From an uncultured bacterium (GTDB taxonomy: Bacteria; SAR324; NAC60-12), in contig CBFIJD010000001.1 of assembly GCA_965662845.1 (NCBI GenBank), positions 76,106-96,536 on the forward strand: 20,431 nucleotides of DNA, read 5' to 3'. Both the position numbers and the translations under genes were made by a program. Below the pieces are notes generated by a model that searched no databases, was not told the DNA's origin, and worked only from the letters and a program-made list of their open reading frames with translations. Below are positions 11,537 through 19,532 of the stretch, in pieces; position 1 is the stretch's first letter, and each line of letters starts with the position of its first letter.

Positions 11537-13429
11537 TTAGATGGTTGCCAACAAAAGCAAGATAAAAGTGCTGACGGTGAAGACAGCTGCATACTGTTGC
11601 AAGCTTCCATTTTGCAGGGGAACCAGCTTTCCCCCAGCTCCACGAAAGAAGTTCGCCGTCGCATCTAGCAGGTTCTCGATCGCGTTGCGGTCAAAAATGC
11701 GCCATAGGACGGCATTGGAGATCAAGTGCAAGGGCTTGATGATTGCGCTCTGATAGACTTCGTTCACCATCCAGCTTTGCAGAGAGAAGCGCTCGGCTTG
11801 GGCAAACTCTGGAGTCTTTTCAGGAGGCAGACCTTGTGCGTAGATTTTGCGAGCGTAAGACCACGCGCCCAAGGCCAGCGCGACCGACAACGCCATCAAA
11901 AGCAACTCTGTGCTGACAGCGCCGTGACCGCCCACCTTTGCGAAAAAGTTATGAAAGTATGCCTCCATTCCGTTGGGCAAGAAGTGCAACGCGTGAGGCA
12001 CCCCCACCAGGCCACCCAGCCCCGCTAAGAACGCCAGAATGACCAGTGGAGCCGTCATACTGCTCGGTGACTCCTGTACCGCTTCCCAGTGGTGCCCCCG
12101 AAATTCCCCATGGAAGGTGAGGTAGAGCATGCGGAACATATAAAAGCTGGTCAGACCGGCGGTCACAAAGCCAATGCCCCACAACCAAAAACTTCCCAAA
12201 TCTGAGCTGTAGGTGTACCAGAGGATCTCATCTTTGCTAAAAAAGCCCGAGAAGAAGGGGATTCCAGCGATGGCCAGCGTCCCAACCAGCATCGTGAGGT
12301 AGGTAATCGGTAGTTTCTTGCGCAATCCCCCCATGTGGCGCATGTCTTGTTCGTGATGCAGCGCGTGGATGACCGACCCGGAACCTAAGAAGAGCAGCGC
12401 TTTGAAGAATGCGTGGGTCATCACATGGAAAATCCCTGCGCCAAAAGCGCCCACTCCCATCGCCAAAAACATGTAACCCAGCTGGCTGACCGTCGAATAC
12501 GCCAAGACTTTCTTAATGTCGTTTTGTGCCAGCGCAGAGGTTGCCCCGAGGAACGCCGTGAGCGCTCCAATGATGGCGATTGTTCCCATCGTGAAGGGAG
12601 ACATGACGAACAAAAAGCTCAACTTTGCGATGAGATAGAGCCCCGCCGTGACCATGGTGGCCGCGTGAATCAGCGCAGACACAGGCGTTGGCCCCTCCAT
12701 CGCGTCAGGTAGCCAAACATAGAGAGGAACTTGCGCCGACTTCCCGGTCGCTCCCAAGAACAACAGCAGAGTGATCAACGTCACGATCAACCCGCCCTGT
12801 TCCAGCGTTTGTGGCGCCAGGGTGTTGATGTCTTCAAAACGCAGCGTGCCAACGTGCACGACCAACAGCATGACCGCAGACAGCACTCCAAAATCGCCAA
12901 CTCGATTGAAAACAAATGCTTTTTTGGCCGCCTCACCCGCAGAAAATTTTTCGTGGTAGAACCCAATCAATAGATAAGAGCAGAGCCCTACGCCTTCCCA
13001 GCCAACAAACATCAGCAGCAGATTGTCGCTGAGCACGAGCACCAGCATGAAGAAGATGAACAGGTTTAGAAAGGCGAAGAACCGATGGTAGTGCTCATCT
13101 TCCGACATATATCCAGTTGAGTAGACATGGATCAAGAAGCCAATGCCCGTGATGATCAACGCAAACAGAGCCGACAACTGGTCGAACTGTAGCCCGACCT
13201 CCAGCGTGAAGTCCCCGACTTGCATCCACGTATAAGCGACCTCCTGAACGACCCCACCCGCTCCCGTCCAAAGCGCAAGGCAAGCCCACAGGGTCTGCCC
13301 CAGAGCGGCTAGTACGGCGAGTGGACCAAAGAGCGAGACGAAGGTTTTACCAAAGTGGCGCCCCAACAAGAGGTTCAGGACGAATCCTAGTAGGGGAAAT
13401 AGTGGAATGAGCCAGAGTTGCGATGCCAT
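11537..13429 (-). CDS. nuoL: NADH-quinone oxidoreductase subunit L
   Basis: 630 aa, highly hydrophobic. Motifs GWEGVGLCSYLLIGF, GKSAQVPLYVWLPDAMEGPTPVSALIHAATMV and HAFFKALLFL. Confidence 0.98.
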   Translation of the reverse strand: MASQLWLIPLFPLLGFVLNLLLGRHFGKTFVSLFGPLAVLAALGQTLWACLALWTGAGGVVQEVAYTWMQVGDFTLEVGLQFDQLSALFALIITGIGFLIHVYSTGYMSEDEHYHRFFAFLNLFIFFMLVLVLSDNLLLMFVGWEGVGLCSYLLIGFYHEKFSAGEAAKKAFVFNRVGDFGVLSAVMLLVVHVGTLRFEDINTLAPQTLEQGGLIVTLITLLLFLGATGKSAQVPLYVWLPDAMEGPTPVSALIHAATMVTAGLYLIAKLSFLFVMSPFTMGTIAIIGALTAFLGATSALAQNDIKKVLAYSTVSQLGYMFLAMGVGAFGAGIFHVMTHAFFKALLFLGSGSVIHALHHEQDMRHMGGLRKKLPITYLTMLVGTLAIAGIPFFSGFFSKDEILWYTYSSDLGSFWLWGIGFVTAGLTSFYMFRMLYLTFHGEFRGHHWEAVQESPSSMTAPLVILAFLAGLGGLVGVPHALHFLPNGMEAYFHNFFAKVGGHGAVSTELLLMALSVALALGAWSYARKIYAQGLPPEKTPEFAQAERFSLQSWMVNEVYQSAIIKPLHLISNAVLWRIFDRNAIENLLDATANFFRGAGGKLVPLQNGSLQQYAAVFTVSTFILLLLATI

Positions 13430-13465
13430 GGGATTGTGCCGGAGTGAGATTAGGGCAAGGGGAGC

Positions 13466-13774
13466 CTACCAACGGAGGAGGTTGAACTCATCGAGGTTGA
13501 GCGTTTTGCGAGTGCGATATAGCGAGAGAATGATCGACAGTCCAACAACGGCTTCGGCGGCCGCAACAACAATGATGAAGAAAATGAACATCACGCCCGT
13601 CATCGAGTTCATTGACTGGGCAAAGCCCACGAACGATAGATTGACCGCATTGAGCATCAACTCCACGCTCATGAACACTACGATCGCGTTTCGTCGCAGG
13701 AGAACGCCGAGCACCCCGATTGAGAACAAAATGGAGCTTAAGACCAAGATGTGGCCAAGGGGAATCTGCATCAT
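13466..13774 (-). CDS. nuoK: NADH-quinone oxidoreductase subunit K
   Basis: 102 aa with three TM segments. Motifs [16 protein letters not shown] and [13 protein letters not shown] overlap with the nuoJ stop. Confidence 0.97.
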   Translation of the reverse strand: MMQIPLGHILVLSSILFSIGVLGVLLRRNAIVVFMSVELMLNAVNLSFVGFAQSMNSMTGVMFIFFIIVVAAAEAVVGLSIILSLYRTRKTLNLDEFNLLRW

Positions 13775-14283
13775 GATGGGGCTCCTGGATAGCGCCGCTT
13801 AGCGATCACAACCGCGCCCAAAACAGCGACAAGTAAGAGAAGAGAGATGGCTTCGAAAGGCAGTAAGTATTCTGAGAAGAGCAGCTGGCCAATTTGCTTG
13901 ATCGTGTCAGGAGCCTGTTCTGCCAGCTCTGGGGGAACCAGTCGTTCTGGAGCGAAACGCCCTAGCGCGAGCGCGAGTTGAGTCCAAATTCCAAAGGCCA
14001 TTGCCGCCCCGATGATTTTGCCCCCAGTCCAGTTGATGAAGGTTTTGTCTTCTTTGGGAATGCTGAGCAACATGAGCACGAACAGAAACAAGACCATGAT
14101 CGCACCCGCGTAAACAAGAACTTGCACCACTGCGACAAACTCGGCCTGCATCATGACGTAGATGGTGCCCAGGCTGAAGAATGTCCCTACCAAGCTCATG
14201 GCGCCGTGTACGGGACTGCGCAGACAGAGCACACCGAAGGCCCCTGCGATGCTTAACAGGGCGAATGCGTAAAACAAAAACAT
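13771..14283 (-). CDS. nuoJ: NADH-quinone oxidoreductase subunit J
   Basis: 170 aa. Motifs [27 protein letters not shown] and [14 protein letters not shown]. Confidence 0.97.
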   Translation of the reverse strand: MFLFYAFALLSIAGAFGVLCLRSPVHGAMSLVGTFFSLGTIYVMMQAEFVAVVQVLVYAGAIMVLFLFVLMLLSIPKEDKTFINWTGGKIIGAAMAFGIWTQLALALGRFAPERLVPPELAEQAPDTIKQIGQLLFSEYLLPFEAISLLLLVAVLGAVVIAKRRYPGAPS

Positions 14284-14301
14284 GTTCTTACCAACTCAGG
14301 T

Positions 14302-15924
14302 TCAGGCGGATTGGGCGAGCGGCCCAGATGAAATCGAGGATAGAGACAGTCCTGTCTCTCCCAAGGCATCCAGCGAGACACAGCCAAACACGTGGCGATC
14401 TGTCGTCGTCATCTGCTGGAAGATTTGTGAGAAGTCGGGTTGGTGCTGGAGAGGAGTCGTGGTGGCCAGATGCCAAAGCTCATTTAGGATTTGCCACTCG
14501 GGCTTGGTCTGACGTGCGGCACGAATGGCTGGCCAAAATCGCTGCCAGTGCTCGTGCTTGTTGAGAAACGTGCCGTCTTTTTCGGAGTGCAACTGTCCTG
14601 GCAGAATCGCGTCCGCCTTCTCTGTCCAGTCGCTTTTGGTCGGGCTGATATGAATGATGAGTTCCGTTTGGCCTGCGTAATCCTGAAGTCTCTGATCTTC
14701 AAGAAACGGGTTGCCTAGCACGAAGAGCACTTTCGCCTGCTGGACGGCCTCGGCCACATTGTTCTGTGTTGAGCCTTTCAGTTGTAGGCGTTTCGCGCCC
14801 GCTTGGTTAGGGGCTTTGTCGGTGGTGATCAAGGTGTTGATGAAATACTCAGAGGCCGGCTGCGTCCAGTCTTGTGCAGGATAGATGACCTGATCGGATT
14901 GAAAGCCATCTTGGAGCAGCCGGCGCAGCAGAAAGAATTCTTCGTTGCTCGCGTGGGTGTCTGTCAACGCGACGACCTCGGCTCCTCGCGCTTTCAACGC
15001 CTCCAGCCGTTCCCCAATGGCGTCGTAGATTTGCTGCCATGTCACTTGCAGCAGCTTGCCTTGCACGCGTCCCGCCGGCTTTTGGAGTCGGCCTTCCTTG
15101 TCATTCATGTCGCGGTAGGTCAGTCGGCCTTCGTCGCACATCCACCAACGGTTGACTTGTTGGTTCTCACGGGGCTTGAGGCGCAGCACTTCATTGCGGT
15201 CGTGTTCAATTGTGATGCTGCATCCCGTCGAACACCCGTTGCAGACGGAGGGCACCTTGCGGAGTTTCCAAGCGCGGCGCTTGAAGCGGAATTCTTTTTC
15301 GGTGATTGCGCCGACAGGGCACAGATCGGCCATGTTGCCCTGAAACTGGTTGGTCATCGGGCGATCTTCGTATGTGTCGAAGGTCAGCTCGTGCGTCCGG
15401 TTGAACATTCCGAACTCGTTCGTTCCGGTGACCTCACGGGTGAAGCGATCGCAGCGAGAGCAGTGCACGCAGCGGTTGCGTTCGAGCTGGATGAAAGTTC
15501 CGACATCGCGCCAGCCGTAGACGCGCTTGTTGTATTCCATCTCGGAATGCCCCGTCCCGTGCAAGTAGGAATGATCCTGCAAGGTACACTCCCCGGATTG
15601 ATCACAGATGGGGCAATCCAGCGGATGATTCACGAGCAAATATTCCATCACAAGCTCGCGGCCCTCACGGATCTTCTCGCCGCTGAGGGTAATCTTCATA
15701 TTGGGCATTGCGTCTGTCGAGCATGATGTCAGCAGCTTGGGCGCAGCGCGGCCATTCCCAAGATCTGTCACGTCAATCAAACACATTCGACAAGTGGCGA
15801 CCACAGAGAGAGCCGGGTGATAACAGAAGTGAGGGATCTCGACTCCCGCACGTAGCGCGGCCGAGAGAACTTTTTCACCCTTCTCAAATGGGATTGGCTG
15901 ATCGTCAATGTAAAAGACCGACAT
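14302..15924 (-). CDS. nuoG: NADH-quinone oxidoreductase subunit G (short, 540 aa)
   Basis: Start ATG 15924 with AAGGAG 5 nt upstream. Fe-S motifs: N1b (FCYH...CRMC...SC), N5 (HPLDCPICDQSGEC), N4 (CVHCSRC...DLCPVG) and N7 (CNGCSTGC...WMCD). Confidence 0.93.
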   Translation of the reverse strand: MSVFYIDDQPIPFEKGEKVLSAALRAGVEIPHFCYHPALSVVATCRMCLIDVTDLGNGRAAPKLLTSCSTDAMPNMKITLSGEKIREGRELVMEYLLVNHPLDCPICDQSGECTLQDHSYLHGTGHSEMEYNKRVYGWRDVGTFIQLERNRCVHCSRCDRFTREVTGTNEFGMFNRTHELTFDTYEDRPMTNQFQGNMADLCPVGAITEKEFRFKRRAWKLRKVPSVCNGCSTGCSITIEHDRNEVLRLKPRENQQVNRWWMCDEGRLTYRDMNDKEGRLQKPAGRVQGKLLQVTWQQIYDAIGERLEALKARGAEVVALTDTHASNEEFFLLRRLLQDGFQSDQVIYPAQDWTQPASEYFINTLITTDKAPNQAGAKRLQLKGSTQNNVAEAVQQAKVLFVLGNPFLEDQRLQDYAGQTELIIHISPTKSDWTEKADAILPGQLHSEKDGTFLNKHEHWQRFWPAIRAARQTKPEWQILNELWHLATTTPLQHQPDFSQIFQQMTTTDRHVFGCVSLDALGETGLSLSSISSGPLAQSA

Positions 15925-15934
15925 CGCTACTCCT

Positions 15935-17195
15935 TCAGGACGCCTGAGCGTAATAGTTCTGAAAATCTTCGGGGAATTTGCGCAAGAAACTGGTGATCGG
16001 CATTGAGGCGGCGTCACCTAAGGCGCACAGAGTGGTCCCGCTCATGTTTCTCCCAACTCGCTCCAAGCGCTTCAATTTGCGCTCATTGCCGTTGTGTTGC
16101 AGGAAATCACGCAGCAGCTGCCGAGCCCAATGTGTCCCCTCGCGACAAGGAGTGCACTGGCCGCAAGATTCGTGATTATAGAAGCGAGAGATGCGATGGA
16201 GCAGGCGCACGACGTCTGTGTCTTCGTCAAAGGCCATGACTGCCGAAGAGCCCATCATAGAGCCGGCCTTGCCCACAGAGTCGAAGTCGTAGGCAATATC
16301 AATTTCATCTGCTCGCAAAACGGGAGAGGAAGAGCCTCCTGGGATCACCCCCTTCAGTTGTTTGTCGCCTCGAACTCCCCCCTCCCAGCTCGTAAATAAT
16401 ATCCTTTAGCTTGACGCCCATTTTGACTTCATAAACACCTGGGCGTTTGACGTGCCCGCTGAGGCTCACAAGGTGTGTTCCTGCATTGTTGGGGCTGCCA
16501 AGGTTTTTGTACTCGTCAGCGCCTATGTTCAAAATGACAGCGACGTTTGTCAGCGTTTCCACATTATTCACACTCGTGGGACAGCCGTTGAATCCGACCA
16601 CCGCGGGGAAGGGCGGCTTAACTCGTGGATGACCGCGTTTGCCTTCGAGTGAGTCTAAGAGCGCGGACTCTTCGCCGCAGATGTAGGCGCCGGCGCCCGT
16701 GTGAACGGTGAGGTCTAGGTGATAATCTCGGCCCATCAGTTTAGGGCCCAAGATTCCTTCCTTGTATGCGTCTTGGATCGCTGCGTTGAGGCTTTTGATC
16801 GCGGGGAAATATTCGCCTCGCACATAAATATAACCATGATGGCAGCCTAGGGCGTAGCACCCGATCATCATTCCTTCGAGGAACAGGTGGGGGTCTTTGA
16901 GCATCAGCTCGCGGTCTTTGCAGGTCCCGGGTTCAGACTCATCGGCATTGCAGACTAAGTAACTTGGTTTGCCCGTGTTTTTTGCCATGAAGCTCCACTT
17001 CATCCCCGTAGGAAAACCGGCGCCACCTCGGCCTCTCAATCCGGCCTCTTTCACAAGAGCGGTGACTTCCTCTGGTTTCATCTCCAGCGCTTTCGGGAGC
17101 GCTTGGTAGCCACCGACTTTTTGGTAGCTAGTGAGCTTTCCGTCATATCCTGCAGTGCGGATGTTTTTGAACAAAACCAACGTTTCTTCGAGCAT
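15935..17195 (-). CDS. nuoF: NADH-quinone oxidoreductase subunit F, split by a +1 frameshift at a G6 run (419 aa if one G is removed)
   Basis: The 5' ORF carries GLRGRGGAGFPTG, NADESEPG and YICGEES. The 3' ORF carries IPGGSS, ESCGQCTPCREG and CALGDA. Deleting one base of the run at 16377-16382 gives contiguous YELGGGVRGDKQLKGVIPGGSS. Confidence 0.93.
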
Positions 17196-17203
17196 GGGAT
17201 TCC

Positions 17204-17680
17204 TTATGCTTTGTGCGTCAGTTCATCAATCAGTTGGTCAATTTTGGCGGGGGTCAACTGCTCTACGTAATCTTCGTTCACGATCATGGCGGGGGCATAC
17301 GAGCAAGCTCCGATGCACTCCATCTCCTCAATGCTGAAGAGTCCATCGTCGGTGGTATGTCCCGCGTGAATACCGAGCTTGGATTCCGTATGCTCTAACA
17401 CTTCTGGGCCTCCGACGAGGCAGCAGGGAACGCAGGTACAAATTTGCAGGTGAAACTTGCCCGGCTTTTTGAAGCGAAACATGGTGTAGAAGGAGGCGAC
17501 CCCTTCCACATGCGTAGGAGAGACTTCACACAACTCCGCGACGTGGTGCATCCATTTTTCGTTCAACCACCCCTGATTCTCTTTTTGAGCAAGATGTAAG
17601 ATGGGGATGAGTGCGTTTCGTCGGATTGGATAGCGGGAGAGGATCTGATCGACTTGTTGCTGCGTTTCGGAGGAAAACAC
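17204..17680 (-). CDS. nuoE: NADH-quinone oxidoreductase subunit E (158 aa)
   Basis: Motifs ALIPILHLAQ, VASFYTMF and the 2Fe-2S ligands CTCVPC...ECIGAC. Start set at GTG 17680, with GAGGT 6 nt upstream. Confidence 0.95.
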   Translation of the reverse strand: MFSSETQQQVDQILSRYPIRRNALIPILHLAQKENQGWLNEKWMHHVAELCEVSPTHVEGVASFYTMFRFKKPGKFHLQICTCVPCCLVGGPEVLEHTESKLGIHAGHTTDDGLFSIEEMECIGACSYAPAMIVNEDYVEQLTPAKIDQLIDELTHKA

Positions 17681-17811
17681 GATCTTACCTCGCTTGGGTT
17701 TCTTCAGGAGAAGGCATAGAGATGGGCAAAAACACAAAATTTGTAACGAAAGCCCACAGAAGACGCAATCGAAAAAAGAGTGAGGATTTGCTACTTCGGC
17801 AGTTGTGAATC

Positions 17812-17839
17812 TTGACTATCCATAGTTGATTGATATTTT
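17812..17839 (+). promoter_or_regulatory. Candidate sigma70 promoter for the lptE-mlaF-like pair
   Basis: TTGACT (17812-17817), a 16-nt spacer, then TATTTT (17834-17839) preceded by an extended -10 TG. It ends 26 nt before the ATG at 17866. Confidence 0.45.
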
Positions 17840-17865
17840 GGGTTGCCGCTCAAAATGAGAGAACA

Positions 17866-18387
17866 ATGAAACAAACGTTTGCAATCTGGATGTTGATCGC
17901 GAGTGTGTTGGCAGGGTGTCAATACAGTTTTGAAGGGAGTAATCCCCCCTTACCTTCAGATGCCAAAACCCTGCATATTGCGCCCATTGAGAATCAAACC
18001 TTCGAAGCAGACTTAGACACGCAGATTCTGCAGGCGATCCGCTCTCGACTGCGAGACAACTCGGCGGTGACACTGCTCCCCACTGCTGAGCGCAGCGAAC
18101 TACAATTGACCGTCCAGCTCCTCACATTGAGCAAACAGAATTTAGACGAACCCGAGGCCTTGGGGGCCGAAGTGAAATTAACGCTAGTCGGCAGCGTCTT
18201 GCTGGAAGATTTGCGCACAGGCGAAGAAATCGTCGAGCAACAGCCCATCCGCGTGGTCGTTAGCAGCAGCTCTAACGACGGGCAAGACACCGTAGGGCTA
18301 AGCGGACTCACACTGTCGCGAGGCATGGAAGAACTGAGAGATCAATTCGTCGCAAAAATTTATCGTCAAATCTTTTACACCTTTTGA
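17866..18387 (+). CDS. lptE: LptE-family outer-membrane lipoprotein (173 aa)
   Basis: Signal peptide MKQTFAIWMLIASV with lipobox LAGC, then QYSF and LPSDAKTLHIAPIENQT. The size and pattern fit LptE. Recognised by eye only. Confidence 0.75.
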   Translation: MKQTFAIWMLIASVLAGCQYSFEGSNPPLPSDAKTLHIAPIENQTFEADLDTQILQAIRSRLRDNSAVTLLPTAERSELQLTVQLLTLSKQNLDEPEALGAEVKLTLVGSVLLEDLRTGEEIVEQQPIRVVVSSSSNDGQDTVGLSGLTLSRGMEELRDQFVAKIYRQIFYTF

Positions 18388-18401
18388 AGGACAAATCTTG
18401 G

Positions 18402-19142
18402 ATGATTGACTTGATCCATGTCAGCAAGTCCTTCGGCGAGAAAAAAGTCATCGACAACCTCTCGCTGCATATCCCCGAGAAGAAGATCACTGTCATCATG
18501 GGCGGCTCTGGCCACGGGAAGTCTACGATCATCAAACTGATTTTAGGCTTCATCACCCCCGACTCGGGAAGCATCATTGTCGACGGACAAGATGTGCTCA
18601 AGCTGTCCAAACGAGAGCGTGTCGCCGTTCTGAAAAAAACAGGGATGTGCTTTCAATACTCCGCCCTGTTCGACTCGATGAGCGTGTTTGAAAATGTGGC
18701 CTTTGCGCTGAGAGAGCATCAAAAACAATTGCAGGAATCACAGATCGCGCAGCGCGTGACCAAGACACTCAATAGCTTGGGACTATACGACGTGGAAGAT
18801 AAGATGCCCTCTGAGCTATCTGGGGGAATGCGCAAGCGCGTCGGCGTCGCCAGAGCGCTCATGATGGAACCCAAAATCATGATCTTTGACGAGCCTGAGT
18901 CAGGACTCGACCCGATCACGACCACTGCGATTGGGAACTTAATGATCGAGATGCGCGACGACTTCGGGAAAACGTGCATCTCCATCTCTCACCACATCCC
19001 GAACTCAATGCGCGTGGCAGACAAACTGGCGATGCTGTACCAAGGAAAAATTATCGCAGAGGGCAGCCCAGAGGAGATTCGAGCCGACACAAACCCGATC
19101 TTGCAGCAGTTTGTGAATGGCGCTGTAGAGGGGCCGTTCTAA
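18402..19142 (+). CDS. mlaF: MlaF/Mkl-family ABC transporter ATP-binding protein (246 aa)
   Basis: Walker A GGSGHGKS, FQYSALFDSMSVFENVAF, signature LSGGMRKRV, DEPESGLDP, and C-terminal QQFVNGAVEGP typical of MlaF. Start taken at ATG 18402. Confidence 0.85.
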   Translation: MIDLIHVSKSFGEKKVIDNLSLHIPEKKITVIMGGSGHGKSTIIKLILGFITPDSGSIIVDGQDVLKLSKRERVAVLKKTGMCFQYSALFDSMSVFENVAFALREHQKQLQESQIAQRVTKTLNSLGLYDVEDKMPSELSGGMRKRVGVARALMMEPKIMIFDEPESGLDPITTTAIGNLMIEMRDDFGKTCISISHHIPNSMRVADKLAMLYQGKIIAEGSPEEIRADTNPILQQFVNGAVEGPF

Positions 19143-19170
19143 CAATTCGAGCGAGGAAGAGAGGCGGGGG

Positions 19171-19192
19171 AAACTCCGGCGAGGAGCCGGAG
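19171..19192 (-). terminator. Hairpin between the convergent mlaF and L36 genes
   Basis: CTCCGGC-N5-GCCGGAG (19174-19192), a 7-bp GC-rich stem followed by TTT on the minus strand, 6 nt after the L36 stop. Confidence 0.6.
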
Positions 19193-19198
19193 CCGCTG

Positions 19199-19324
19199 TC
19201 AGCTTTGGCGGCACTTGAAGCGAGGGTTGCTTTTGCAGATCACAAATACTCTGCCACGTCGGCGAACGACCTGACAATCTTTGTGACGCTTCTTCGCCGC
19301 TTTGAGTGAAGATAAAACTTTCAT
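19199..19324 (-). CDS. rpmJ: 50S ribosomal protein L36, type B (YkgO-like), 41 aa
   Basis: [41 protein letters not shown] follows the YkgO pattern (RH.DC ... C..NPRFK) rather than the CxxC...C...H zinc ribbon. Confidence 0.95.
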   Translation of the reverse strand: MKVLSSLKAAKKRHKDCQVVRRRGRVFVICKSNPRFKCRQS

Positions 19325-19430
19325 TACAAACTCCGCTAGTTCAAGAGTGAGAGTGACAAAAACTTTGAATCCTCTTCTTGTTTGTGCGAAAAGTCCAGAA
19401 AAAATACAGATTTCCCGCTGTATTAGAACC

Positions 19431-19464
19431 AAAAGAGCCCCATGCTGAAACTGGCATAGGGGCT
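19431..19464 (-). promoter_or_regulatory. Terminator-like hairpin upstream of the L36 gene
   Basis: The minus strand reads AGCCCC-T-ATGC-cagtttca-GCAT-GGGGCT-CTTTT: a 10-bp stem with one bulge and a U-tail. Confidence 0.45.
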
Positions 19465-19532
19465 GCTATCTCGGCAAATCACCCCGTGAATCTTGTATTC
19501 ACCTTTTCAGTGACACTTGGCAGAGAGTGCTC

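Noticed and set aside
15935..16348. The 137-aa ORF as an independent gene
   Set aside because: It is the C-terminal third of NuoF and joins seamlessly after removing one base.
17681..17737. N-terminal extensions given by the ORF track for nuoE (and likewise tkt, nuoG, lptE, mlaF and L36)
   Set aside because: Downstream starts match the family N-termini and mostly have SD sequences, while the extensions look non-coding or overlap neighbouring genes.
79..17808. Many plus-strand and off-frame ORFs overlapping rpiA, tkt, rpoBC and the nuo genes (for example 1810-2664 and 14803-15726)
   Set aside because: They lie within well-supported conserved genes, show no recognisable motifs, and are expected from codon bias.
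19325..19532. Zur box upstream of the type-B L36 gene
   Set aside because: I see no TGTTATA-N-TATAACA-like palindrome, so zinc regulation is unsupported.
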